Shown: piece by piece, positions 17,108-31,049 of the stretch
Numbering within the stretch: the stretch's first letter is position 1
How the letters are laid out: each line of letters begins with the position of its first letter
DNA from: the human T2T-CHM13v2.0 reference genome, Homo sapiens
Length of the DNA: 64,000 nucleotides
Assembly (NCBI RefSeq): GCF_009914755.1
Contig: NC_060935.1
Strand: one strand, 5' to 3'
Position numbers and translations under genes: made by a program
The notes under the pieces: model-generated
The model's input: only the letters and a program-made list of their open reading frames with translations
What the model was told of the DNA's origin: nothing
Database searches by the model: none

Positions 17108-17325
17108 CAAGCCTGTCCAACCCACGGCCCACAGGCCTCATGCGGCCCAGGATGGCTTTGAATGTGACCCAACACAAATTCGTAAACTTTCTTCAAACAC
17201 TATGAGATTTTGGGGGGATTTTTTTTAGCTTATCAGCTATGTTAATGTTAGTGCATTTTATATGTGACCCAAGACAATTCTTCTTCCAAAGAGGCCCAGG
17301 GAAGCCAAAGAATGGGACACCCCTG
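17108..17325 (+). mobile_element. MER30-like hAT DNA transposon
   Basis: Imperfect terminal inverted repeats; 8-bp TSD GTCTAGGG at 17100-17107 and 17326-17333. Confidence 0.85.
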
Positions 17326-17406
17326 GTCTAGGGCATGGATAATATCAAACACTGATATCTAGCAAATATGAAACTCAATAGCAGGGTGCATTTAGAACTA
17401 GAAGAT

Positions 17407-17706
<300 letters not shown>

Positions 17707-18959
17707 CTAGATGATAAACATGACCAGTGACTTTTATCTCCAAACTCCCAACACCAGCCATAAAAGGGCTCTTCCCAACTGCCTTCCAGAGTGCCACCTT
17801 CCTGGCCCTTCCCAGCCTCAGGAGTGTTTGCAGCATGTCTTTAATGATGGCTCGTGGTGGCCAGGCACTTCGGTCACAAGCAGAGGTTTGCAAGGTTATC
17901 ACATTAACTGTGCCTGATCCCTTGCACCCAAGTTACAGGCTGAAGCCACAAAATTGTCTCCCAATCAGAGGCCTCTTGCCGAACGCCCCCACAAACACCA
18001 AGGCCCCTTAATCAGAGTTGAGTGGATGTGCCGGTGAACTCTGCAACAGGGAGAATGCTGATTTTTCCAATTGTGCAAAGTACCTCAGCAGTCTCCCTCT
18101 AATTTTCCTTTTCATGTTCTTTTGAGGAGGTTTGTGTATTGCCAGTCAAGGTTCTATGGCAAAACAAAAAACAAAACACAAAAAAAAGCCCACAACAGCG
18201 AAAACAACGACGACTAAATACAGAAAGCAGCAGAGAGCTGCCTGCTGAGCCTCCGCCTGGGCTGAGGCTCCCTGGGAGTCCGGCTCCATCCAGCCATGGT
18301 GCTCGAGTTGGGCATCTTAGCATGAGAAGCTGGAAGTACATGATCTCGGTGTTTTCATGACTTCTCACGAGCTGCCTTTGCAGACAGACCCCCTACCTCC
18401 TGGCACTCCACGCCTGCTTCAAATCTCAAGCCAGCCCGCCTTCTCCAAAGAGAAGCCACGTGGGATCCCTCCCTCTCCTGAGCTCCTAGAGAGCCCAGGA
18501 TGGCAGTGGGAGGGAATGGGTGGTCACAGACTCTGGAGGAAGTCACTCTTCCGTAGAGCAACACGTATGGTGCCTGAGACACGTCGGCAGGTGTGGGTGG
18601 TGGCTGTGCGCAGCTGGTTGCAATGTGGCGAGGTGGGACCGCGGTGGGGTCTTGTGTTGAAGGTCCAGGTGCCGTGCACTTGGGGGCAGGGGCACCACTA
18701 CAAGAACAGCTGAGTCCCATGGGCTGGAAAAGAGGTGTGGTAGGCCCCCGGGGGTGGGGAAAAGTTGACTTGGGTGAAGAGGGTCTTGGAACGCCAGGTA
18801 GTGATTTTAGAACACCTTCAGGATTCCCCGGGGAGCCACTGAGGGTGCCTGAGTGCAGAGTAGCATCGTGAGAGAAGTCCTTGAGTGTAGCCTGCCAGGC
18901 GGGTGGGCAAAGGGAATGGTGACATACAGCAAGCTTCACAGGCCCGACGTCAAGCTGTG

Positions 18960-19170
18960 TGATGAGCGTAACAGCAGCTGACACCTTCTTCAGCACCAGC
19001 TATGTGAAGGCCCTAGGTCAGGGCACTTTACAGGAATTGACTTGTTAAGTCCTCCCATTGTTATCGCCCCATTTTACAGGGAAGTAAAACAAGGCACATG
19101 GAGAAAGCAACTCAATTAAGACCACACAGCCAGCAAGCAGCAGAGCTAAGACTGGAAGCCCAGGGTCTGG
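18960..19170 (-). mobile_element. MIR
   Basis: MIR core ccccattttacagggaagtaaaac-aaggcac. Confidence 0.65.
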
Positions 19171-19320
19171 CCCCAGAGCCGCACATGTCATCACCGCACA
19201 GCCTTGCTTGGCTGGGCTGTAATCCATCGGCAGACCCGGGAGGCAAGGAGGAGGACAGGCCTGTATGCTTGCTTAGAAATGAAAGGACTGAATCAGGAGC
19301 TGGAAACATGCCTCTCCTTT

Positions 19321-19830
19321 TGTATTAGTTATTCATTGCTGTGTAACAAGCTGCCCCAAAATGTTGTTTAAAACAATGCCCATTTGTTATCACCTAGGTG
19401 ATGTGGGTCAGGAATCGGCGTGGGGCTTAGCTTGGTCCCCTGGCTCAGGGTCTCTCACAGGCTGCAATAAAGGGCTCTTGGGGGGCTGGAGCCATCTCAA
19501 GGGTGGACTTACAGGCTCACACCCGTGGCTGTCAGCAGCCTGCAAGGCCTTGCTGGCTGTGGGCTGGGGACTGCAGTTCCTGGCCATGTGGACAACCCAG
19601 AGGACAACTCACAACATAGCAGCTGGCTTCTCCAAGGGCAAGGGCTCCAAGACCGCCAGCAAGGCAGACAGCACAGCCTTTTCAGAACCCGGTCTTGGAA
19701 GGGATGTCTCATCACATTTCCTTGGAAGTCACAGGCCTCACCCACACTCAAGGAGCACGGGATTGCACAAGGGCACGAGTGTCAGGAGACAGGACTACTG
19801 GGTGCCATTCTAGAGACCGTCTGCCACAAC
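19321..19830 (-). mobile_element. MLT1 (MaLR) LTR
   Basis: tgtattagtta...ttgctgtgtaacaa terminus and MLT1-like body. Confidence 0.75.
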
Positions 19831-20834
19831 TTTTAAAATCAGAGCTTATTTTATAGTTCTTTTTTGTTATTAAAAAAAAATTCATGATCAGCATTGAAAA
19901 ACACAAAAAATTCATGATCAGCACCAAAAAATGCAAAAAAGTGTAAAATAAAAACTCTCCAGCTTTTCTGTCTCCTCTTTCATCATTAGCCCTTGTTGGA
20001 CCTCCTTTGTCCCTTGCTACTGCTGTGGCTCAGCCTGGGTCCCGCTTCATCCCTCAGAACTGGGACTTTTCTCCTTGTCTGGGTACTTTGTCCTCATACA
20101 CGCCCCACACTCCCAGAAGCCCCCATCCCAGCATTTATGACCACTGACTCTCCTGTCTCTTCCATGAATGCAGACAAACCATTCATGTTCCCAGCCAGAG
20201 CCAGTTCTCTGCCTGTGCACCGGGCCCCGCCCCACAGCCTCCTGAAGGGCTTTGCAATGTTTGCCTCTCCCCTGCATCATTTTCCCTTTCTCCTGGAATG
20301 TTCCCATTCAACAAACAAGTCTGCTGCTATTTCTCCCGTTGAAAAGAAAATAACCCCCCGCACCCCCCGACCCGTGACCCATTCTCCTCTCCAACTTCCT
20401 TCCCTTTCCAGCAAAGCTGATTTCTCCCCTGGCAGCTCTGCTCTCAGACTTCCTGCTCCTCCCCGAAAATCCTGACCCCACTAAGGGCCACTACCACTTT
20501 GCCATTGACTGTGTCTCTGTGGCATCACTGTTCTTGCTTCTTAATCTTCATGGCAGAGGACAGGCCTCACTGAGGGCTAAGAGAGCTAAGGGAATCATAG
20601 TGTGGAAGGGAACAAGTTAAGTTCCACAATTTGAGTCACTGCCCATCATTCCTGGGAAGCACCACAGGAAGTTCAGCCCTGCACAGGGCCCCCTCATCCC
20701 TGTCCCTGTGCCCTAAGACCCAGCGTGGGCAATTCCAAGTCTCTTCCTCTCATCTAGAGCACTGCCCCCTTCAAGCCTCTTGCCCTTCCAATCTCTGCCT
20801 GTCTTCAAGGAAACCACTCCCACTGCCAATATCA

Positions 20835-21242
20835 TGAATACAAAGTGGCTGAAATAAGGCATAATGTATTTTTTCCTCTCATGTACAAAACTTGGTATGG
20901 TGGCACTACTCTATAATTGAGTAAAGGGCCCTCATCAATGTGACATTCCTCATCCACATCATTCAAGAAAAGTCACTGCCATGTTTGCGCCTCATCAGGA
21001 AGAGGAAAAGGAGAAGGGGATAGCATGCCCCTGCCTTTTAATGCCCCAACCCAGGAGTTTCAATCAGCAGTTGCTCTCACAGCCAACTGGCTAGGACTTA
21101 GTCACATGGCCATCCCCTGCTGCAAGGGATGCTGGGAAATGTAGTCTTTAGCTGAGTAGTAGGTGCCCAGTTAAAAACTCTATTGCTATGGAAGAAGGAG
21201 AGTATTAAAGATATCAAAGGGCACTGAGCAATGCCTGCCACC
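20835..21242 (-). mobile_element. MLT1 (MaLR) LTR, old
   Basis: tagtcacatggccatcccctgctgcaagggatgctgggaaatgtagtc, typical of MLT1. Confidence 0.7.
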
Positions 21243-21950
21243 CAGAACCCTATCCCGCAGCACTGCCTTTTCCCATCTGTGAATACAATGCTCCTGGGAG
21301 GAATTGAGGGAGACTCTGGAGGTCTAGCAGCCTTCAAAGTGTCCTGATTTGCCCTAGTAGACAGCAGGCTGCTGCTGGATCAGACAAACACGTCTCCCAA
21401 GGACCTCATGAATTCTTAGAGGTAGCGTGGTCAAAGTTCATGCTAAGGAAAACACGGCTGCCTTACTGCTTCTTACTCAGCAGCCACCCCACCGGCCCTG
21501 TGCCGAAAGCATTGTATGTTGATGCTATAACTGTCATTTCTCTTTCCATTTCCTCCTGCTTTCGGCCCATGCCCTGCATCTTAGGAGGCAGAATCCAGGC
21601 CTCCTGTGCTCCTAAGTTGTCATCATCCAGTGACACGAAGGCCTGCCTTTGTATTTACGTGCAGCATCTGCCCTGGGACCAGACCAATTAAACTCTACCT
21701 GAAACACCAGCCTCCCATTCCACTGCCTGCTGGAAAGGAGGTCATGGGGAATTTAGGATCCTCCTGAGCCTGGTAACTGGGGGCTGGGCAAGGGGCTCCT
21801 CCCTCCATGACGGAGAGAATCTCATGTAGCTACTGCCCAATAAAACACATGGGATTTGGCTCAGGTGTTCCCTGAGCCAGGGAGCCTGGGACCTGGAAAA
21901 TACCTGGGTGTCTTTTGAAGTTGTTTCTGGTTGGATTCTTTTCTCTACTA

Positions 21951-22426
<476 letters not shown>

Positions 22427-23009
22427 TCAAACCAGCTATGTATTTATTTTGCTGAATTTATGCTGGTTTTATCTTTTGTATCTTGCTTTTTTTCATTTAA
22501 TGTTTTTCCATCCAGTGAACACACCCTAATTTGCCATTCCCCTCTTCTTGAACATGAGATTGTCTCTAGGGTATCTCTTGCAAATAGGATAATTGTCAAT
22601 GATGTAACGGGTCTCTATGCAACTTGCAAAAGTGATCAGTCTTGGTGTCCTCCTCATCCTAGTGTTTGGTTCCAAGCAACAGAAACCAATGCTGGCAGAT
22701 TTCAGCAGAAAAGGAAAATCAGATGCAGAAGATAGGCAGGAACAAGGGAGGCAAGACAGCACGAATCACAATGGAAGCATGCTGCAGATCTTCTCTGATG
22801 AGAAGCCAGGGCTACCCCTACCCATCCCAACACCAGACCCTCCAGTAAAACTGCAGCGGCCCACACCACCTTGTCACCAGAGCCCACAGCTCTATGATGG
22901 GCAGCACAGATACTGCTGCTCATAAACTTGAATGCCTCACCCAGTTCTACACTAGAAAACATTTCCTACCTTTTCTGATTCTTCCCACCACCAGCTCCCA
23001 ATTCAAAAT

Positions 23010-24592
<1,583 letters not shown>

Positions 24593-24689
24593 AAGGTGAA
24601 CCCTACCATTTCTAGGTGCTTTGGAGTTTACCGTTTTTCTCCTTGCATTCTGGAGTCAGAGTGAGAAGGCATCTCAGCGCTACCACAGC

Positions 24690-24800
24690 TGAATGATGTG
24701 TTGGGCTTCGGTTTCCTCATCTGTAAAATGGGGATAAAGGGCCTCTCCTTGGAGCTGCCATGAAGATTGAATTAGATGCCCTCTGTGAAGATGCAGGGCA
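24690..24800 (+). mobile_element. MIR
   Basis: ggtttcctcatctgtaaaatggggataa core. Confidence 0.7.
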
Positions 24801-26199
24801 GGTGGAGAGCACAGTAAGCGTCTCGGGGGGCCACGCCATCACCGCCAGCAGGGCTCACCAGTATCTTTGCCCAGAGAATAGCCGGGGTCTAGGGAGCAGC
24901 CAGGGTCTAGGGAGAAGGGCTGCTTCCCTGTGGAGGCTCCTAACTTTCCCATCTCCTCCCTGTTTCTCCCCTGCCCACCCCTTACTCCTGGAAGTGTGAC
25001 TCGCTGCCTCCTCCCGTGACTCCCCTACATTGCATCTCCCCAGTTACTGTCGTTATCTCTCATCTCTTCTTTCCAAACAGCCTCTGTCTAGCACCTTGGA
25101 GCTCGCATGGGAATTCATGGGTGGGTGGATTCCAAGCTTGGCTTCATCAGATGACAACTAAAAGGCAGAGGCCTGGGGGCGCAAGGGAGCTCCAGGATCT
25201 GTCTCCCTTTGGAGAAGCCCAGGTTCACCTTCCCAGCAAGCTGCTCCGGCCCCACGCCCCTGGCCCTCAATAACCTTCAGTGGCTCCCTTCTTGCAGCTA
25301 TAATTCCCCTCTTGGGATGCTACAAAAGGGATTCCAGAGATTTTTTTTTCAATAACTCAAAAGGGATGGAGTAAACGATATATGTGCCCAGGACAAGGCA
25401 GCTAAGGGAAGGCCTCAGGCTTCCTTTGCCTTTGCCTGGAAGTATACCAACCCGCAGCCCGGAGGGCCAGCAGAGAACCAATGCTCAGAGCCTGGGGGCC
25501 CAAGGAATGCTTTCCAGGCTGGCGGTCCCAGGAGCCCCCTCTCCCTTCCCTATAGCAAGATACTAAGAGCAGAGGCTGGCCTGGCAGGCCGTGTCGAGGC
25601 CCTGAGCTCACATGGCCTTGGCAGCTTCTTGACAGTCGTGTCTTTTTGTTTCCAGCAGTGACACTCACTGACCCACACCTTTGGCCAGCGTCCCTTGTGA
25701 CTGCCCCCTCCCGCTTGAGCAGAATGGCTCCTATTACACAATGGGTGCCAGGAACCTGGCCAGTCCATCCAGAGACAGGGCAGAGCCCTGGGCTACCGAC
25801 CCTCTGGGGCCAGCAGAAACCCTCCCTATGGCTCTGCCTCTCATCCTGGCATTGACACTTGTGCCCTTAATTAAAGTGCTTCTTTTTTAAATCAACATTT
25901 CTACTCCTTTTGCAGAGTAAGAGAAAGAAGAGTTAGGGGAGAAGAAAGAAGGAAGGATTCATGGGGTTATTTTTTTTTTTTCATGTAAAAGTTTGTTCCG
26001 TGATTTAAATCTCATGTCCACAAACAGCTCAGGAGAAGTCAGCATAGAGAAGCAAGCTGACAGATTATAAAGTCATTTGTAAAATCCTCTTTCTGCATAT
26101 AAACTGAAATGTGTAATTAATTCCACATACTGCGTGTGGCACATGGCCTTCATCCTGCATAAGAACAAATACATGAATGAATAAATCGAGCAGGCCTTG

Positions 26200-26345
26200 A
26201 CACTCACCAGGCCCTGTGCTAAATGCTTTCTACATATTACCTTAATTACTCCTCACCGTGGCCTTGCGAAGAAAACGATCACAGCCCGTTTTACAGATGG
26301 GGACAGAGATTTGTCCAAGGCCACACAACTAGTGGCAGATGTAGG
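26200..26345 (-). mobile_element. MIR
   Basis: ccgttttacagatggggacagagatttgtccaaggccacacaact. Confidence 0.65.
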
Positions 26346-27429
26346 TCTGTATGTGACATTCTTGTTCAGTTTCATAAATGTGGCTGCCACCTGCCTGAAA
26401 TTTTGAGGAAAAAAAAAGTGGTTTGGCTTTGCATGAATTCTTGAAAAAGTAGATTTTTATCTTTACCAGCTTCTAAGCAAGCTGGATTTATTCTGACAGT
26501 GTCCATGAAATGGCTACAGACCATCACCGTTGCCAATGTTGTGAACCTGAACAAGGCACCTGGTTTCTCTGTGCCTCGGTTTCCTTACCATTAAACGCAT
26601 TTCCCTGAGATTAAGTGTGTGAAACTATAAGTTGGCTGGAGGAAACACCTCATAGAAGTGAGAAGATGAGGATGGGTGGTGAGTGAAGGCTTTTTCTCCA
26701 AACCCTACAGGAGATGGACCTCAAAGCAAATGGCCATGCTTCCCTTAGACTGGGTGAACTGGTGCTGCTCAGGGCTAGAAGTGTGTCTAGAAGCATGGGG
26801 ACCAATGCAGCCCCCTCCACCCTAGGGCACATAACCTGTCTCTCTCCCATAGGATAGCAGAGACAGCTCTCTAAGTCAGGATTCAGCGAGATGGTCCAGG
26901 AGGGGCCTAAGGATTCCTCTGACTTATCCAAGCCTGGGGAGGCAACACAACCTAGCCTGTGTCTCAGGGGGCCCCAATCATGCCCTGAACCTCATGAGCC
27001 CAGGCAGGCATCCTGTTGGTTAAGGTCGGCCTCAGGGTCCAGGGATGCACTAGATTCTTTATCTTAAAGTGACCCTCAAGAAAAAAAAAATAAAATGTAG
27101 CTATAGGCAGTTTCTGGACGTTTTCCTATTTGTTAAGCACCTTCTTGCTCCGAGCTTTCCAGCCACAGTGCACTGGACGCCATCGGAAGGCTGCAGCTGC
27201 TATTTGGTGCTTTACCACCGCTGAGAAGGTGGAATGGTCACGGCCCGGTTCTGTCACTTTCTTCAGCCGGACAGTCGCCTTATTACGGATTCCAGTAGGG
27301 CCGAGCACACTCCTTCCTGCCCGTCTTTACAGATGAACATGCTATCGCTCCAGCAGTACAACCCGCCTTATTACGTAAAAAAGCAGCCCCTATCTACCCG
27401 CAGGGAAGGAGTATGTTCGGCACCACAGC

Positions 27430-30400
27430 TGGACTGGTGCTCGAGTTAAGCGTCCTGGGAGGTCCGCATGCGCTCCGGAACCGTAATGCGCGCTTTTTCT
27501 AAGCCTTACGGTAAACGCGGACGCAGGGCAACCACGTGGCGGTGGAACCGAGGCCCGGCGGGAATGCGCGGAATGCGCGGCGCGGCCTCGCGCGGTTCCC
27601 GAGCCACGGCCCAGGGTCCGGCGGCGCGCGCTCTCGCCTCCTCCCCTCACCTCTCCCAGCCGCACCCCGGCCCTGGCCCTGCCACCCAGAACTCGCTGGG
27701 CAAGTCGTGCCCCGCGTGAACACACAGAAGGGGCTTGGGGACCGAGCGCGGCCCATCAGTCCCTCAGACCCTGAGGACCCAGAATTCCCTAAGGGGTCCG
27801 AATCCGAGTCCTGCCCCCAGCCCTTAAGGCACGGGCTCCAGGGACCCCAGGGGAAGGGCGCGGGGCATTAGGTACGCAACCCGTTTCCCCGCACCTGGAA
27901 AAAAACTCCCTTTCCCTCCCCTCCCCTGCTTGTTGAGTGTGCGGATAACCAGAACTCTAAGGCGCCCCGTAATAACGACCCCGCTGTCCCTCCACCCACC
28001 CCCAAGTGCCAAAGCGAGGGATGGAAGCGCTTTCAAGCGTTCCAAGGGCATTGAGGAGCGAGCTGGAGAGGCGCGGGGATGCGGGGTCCTCCCCGCAGTC
28101 TTCCGGAAAGGGCGGGGGAGGGCGCGGCAAGTTCCGGAGTGGGGCATGCCGTGGGAGCCCACGAGGGCCTCAGCGCGGATCCTCCGCCGGAAAACCGGCT
28201 CCCGCGAGCCGCCGCCGCAGGTTTCCTAGGCCCCGCGAGTCCCGCAGCGAAGCCCTGCGTCTCCGTCCGACGCGGGGGTCTGCTCAGCCTCGGGTGGGCC
28301 GCGGCCAGGCCTGACTGCGGGGGAGAGGGCCGAACGTGACCTCCGAGGTCACCCCCAGCCAGCTTTCTCTCCTGTGGTCGGAAGTGGTTTTCTTCTCGAT
28401 CTGGGCGCCTACTCCCCACCACTTGGTCTGAGAGGGGCTGGGGCCAGCCGGAAGGCCAGGGAATCCCTGGTGGATTTGGGGGTTCATATTGCTCAGGGTA
28501 CCAGCCGATGCGTTTTGAGGGGCGGGAGTCGAGGAATTAGAATCGCCTTTAACCCTCAAGAGTTGCGCCTTCAGCCTCGGGATCCCAGATGCGTCGTTGG
28601 AGCCAGGGCCGCCCCCCTACCTGTTGGGTTTGCGTTTTAACTCCAGCGCACACCTTGCCGGCAGCCTTCGGAGCTAGGGGAGGGGTCTCGTTTCCCCGCA
28701 GCCCGCCGGACAGACGACTGGGGCACGGGAGGGGCGGTGGCAGGGTGGTCTGTGTGTGGCTGAAACTAATTGATCTGGAGCGGAAACGCACGTCTGCGGT
28801 TGGGGCGATGGGGGGGGGGTGCGGCTGTCCATGTGCCGAGCGTGTGGCTGTCTCGGGTGGGCACTGGGGCCGGAGTTCGCCCCGGCCCACCTCGCAGTTT
28901 TGGGGCGCCTGGGATCGGCGCTACGTAAGCGAAGCAGAGCTGCCATAGCACGTGGGCCGCCACGCGCACCCCAAAAGCAAGCAGTGTGGGGGGAAGGGGA
29001 GCTCGAGCGCCTTCGGAGCCCAGGGGCCGGCTTTCGGAAGCGTTTTCCCGGGCGACTTAAGGGCTTAACAATGGAAAACTCGCGGAGCCTGAGCCAAGTC
29101 CTTTCAAGTCGCCGCCAGGTATGCGGCTGCAGGTGACCCCACCTGGGTGCGCCCGCCCGCCAGCCGCCCTGGTGGAAAAGCGGGTGCGGGAGGTCGCTGG
29201 CGAAAGGTCGGGACTGGTCCCTGCACCACCCGCCCCCAACCCAAGCCCCGAGCCCCGCGGCGCGCAGCCGCGCTGAGTCCCGGGGTCTGCGTCGCGGCGC
29301 GCCGGTTCCTGAATGAACGCGCTCCCTTCCCCCGCCCGAATGAAGGTTCCCACAGCCAGGGACGGTGGCGAACACGCGCCTGCAGCGGAATTCGCTTTCT
29401 CCTGACCGACCATCCGCCCAGGCCGCGGTCACCGGGGCGGGGGCCAGGGGGCGAGGAAAGCGTGAAGGTGATTTCAGTTAATTTTGGATTTTCTTTCAAA
29501 CAACGTGGTTACCCTCCCGACTGGGCCACTTGCCCTTTGTCTCCAAATGGTCACCAAGAAATAAGAACAGAGCACTTTAAATGAGCCCAGAATCCGCAGT
29601 TCCTGCTTCGTGGTGGGTTTTAAGAAGACAGTGTAAAGTAAAACTGCAACCGAAAAGTTTTTTAAAGTTGCTTTTCTCTTTGGAAAAAATAAAATCAAAA
29701 TGCTTTCTCTGCGCTTCTTGAAGCAATGACCCTCAAAAGCCCAGAGGTATTGGCCCCCTCGGGGGACCCGGGGGCCGCCAAGCAGGGTTCCCCCAGGTGG
29801 GGGCTGGGCAGCTGGCGCTCCCCGCCGGGCCCCAAATTCCAGCGCCGGGCCCCAAATTCCAGCGCCTCCCCCGCGGGTTCCTGGACGGCTCTTTACGCTC
29901 GCTAACCGGGCTTGCAATTTTGCGCTCGTCCCTGAGCCGGGAAATCAACGAAGTTCCTAGTCGAGATCTGCCCGGTCCGCCTAGTAACAGCGCCGCGCCC
30001 CCATTGGCTCATGCTAATTCCAGTTTCCTCTGTCTTGCGCCCGGGATGGGGGGGTGAAGCTCCCTCCTGGACCCAGAGCCGGTTGTGCCGGAGTGGGCGA
30101 GCCTCTTTATGCCCTGCTGCCCCTAGCCGACTTCGGCCCGCTTCGCGCCTCGGGCTGGGCCAGGGCGCACGCGGGGCTCGGGGCCCCTCGCCCCACGGGA
30201 TGGGAGAGGCCGGGTGATAGCTCCGGGCCCCATAAATCATCCAGGCGGCCGCCGGGTCGGGATTTTATGAATGAAAAAGCAGCTGGGCCGCCCTTGTGCG
30301 CGGGCTGATGCTCTGAGGCTTGGCTATGCGGGGGCCAACGCGATTGTGGGTGCTCGGGGAGTGGGGGGGGGCACGACCGTAGGTGCTCCCTGCTGGGGCA

Positions 30401-30500
30401 ACCCATCGCTCCCCATGCGGAATCCGGGGGTAATTACCCCCCCAGGACCCGGAATATTAGTAATCCTAATTCCCGGCGGGGGAGGGGGCGCGGGAGGAAT
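27430..30500. promoter_or_regulatory. Upstream CpG island
   Basis: Dense CpG/GC; NRF1-like CGCATGCGC 27465-27473, ETS-like CGGAAGTG near 28380, reverse CCAAT (ATTGG) 30003-30007. Confidence 0.85.
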
Positions 30501-31049
30501 TCACCCTGAAAGGTGGGGGTGGGGGGGGTCGCATCTTGCTGTGAGCACCCTGGCGAAGGGGAGAGGGCTTTTTCTATCAGTTTTCTTTGAGCTTTTACTG
30601 TTAAGAGGGTACGGTGGTTTGATGACACTGAACTATATTCAAAAGGAAGTAAATGAACAGTTTTCTTAATTTGGGGCAGGTACTGTAAAAATAAAAACAA
30701 AAGTTAAGACAGTAAAATGTCCTTTTATTTTTTAATGCACCAAAGAGACAGAACCTGTAATTTTAAAAACTGTGTATTTTAATTTACATCTGCTTAAGTT
30801 TGCGATAATATTGGGGACCCTCTCATGTAACCACGAACACCTATCGATTTTGCTAAAAATCAGATCAGTACACTCGTTTGTTTAATTGATAATTGTTCTG
30901 AATTATGCCGGCTCCTGCCAGCCCCCTCACGCTCACGAATTCAGTCCCAGGGCAAATTCTAAAGGTGAAGGGACGTCTACACCCCCAACAAAACCAATTA
31001 GGAACCTTCGGTGGTCTTGTCCCAGGCAGAGGGGACTAATATTTCCAGC

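Noticed and set aside
27126-27449. Short overlapping ORFs that look coding-like
   Set aside because: No recognisable homology or splice context; the starts in the track are not convincing
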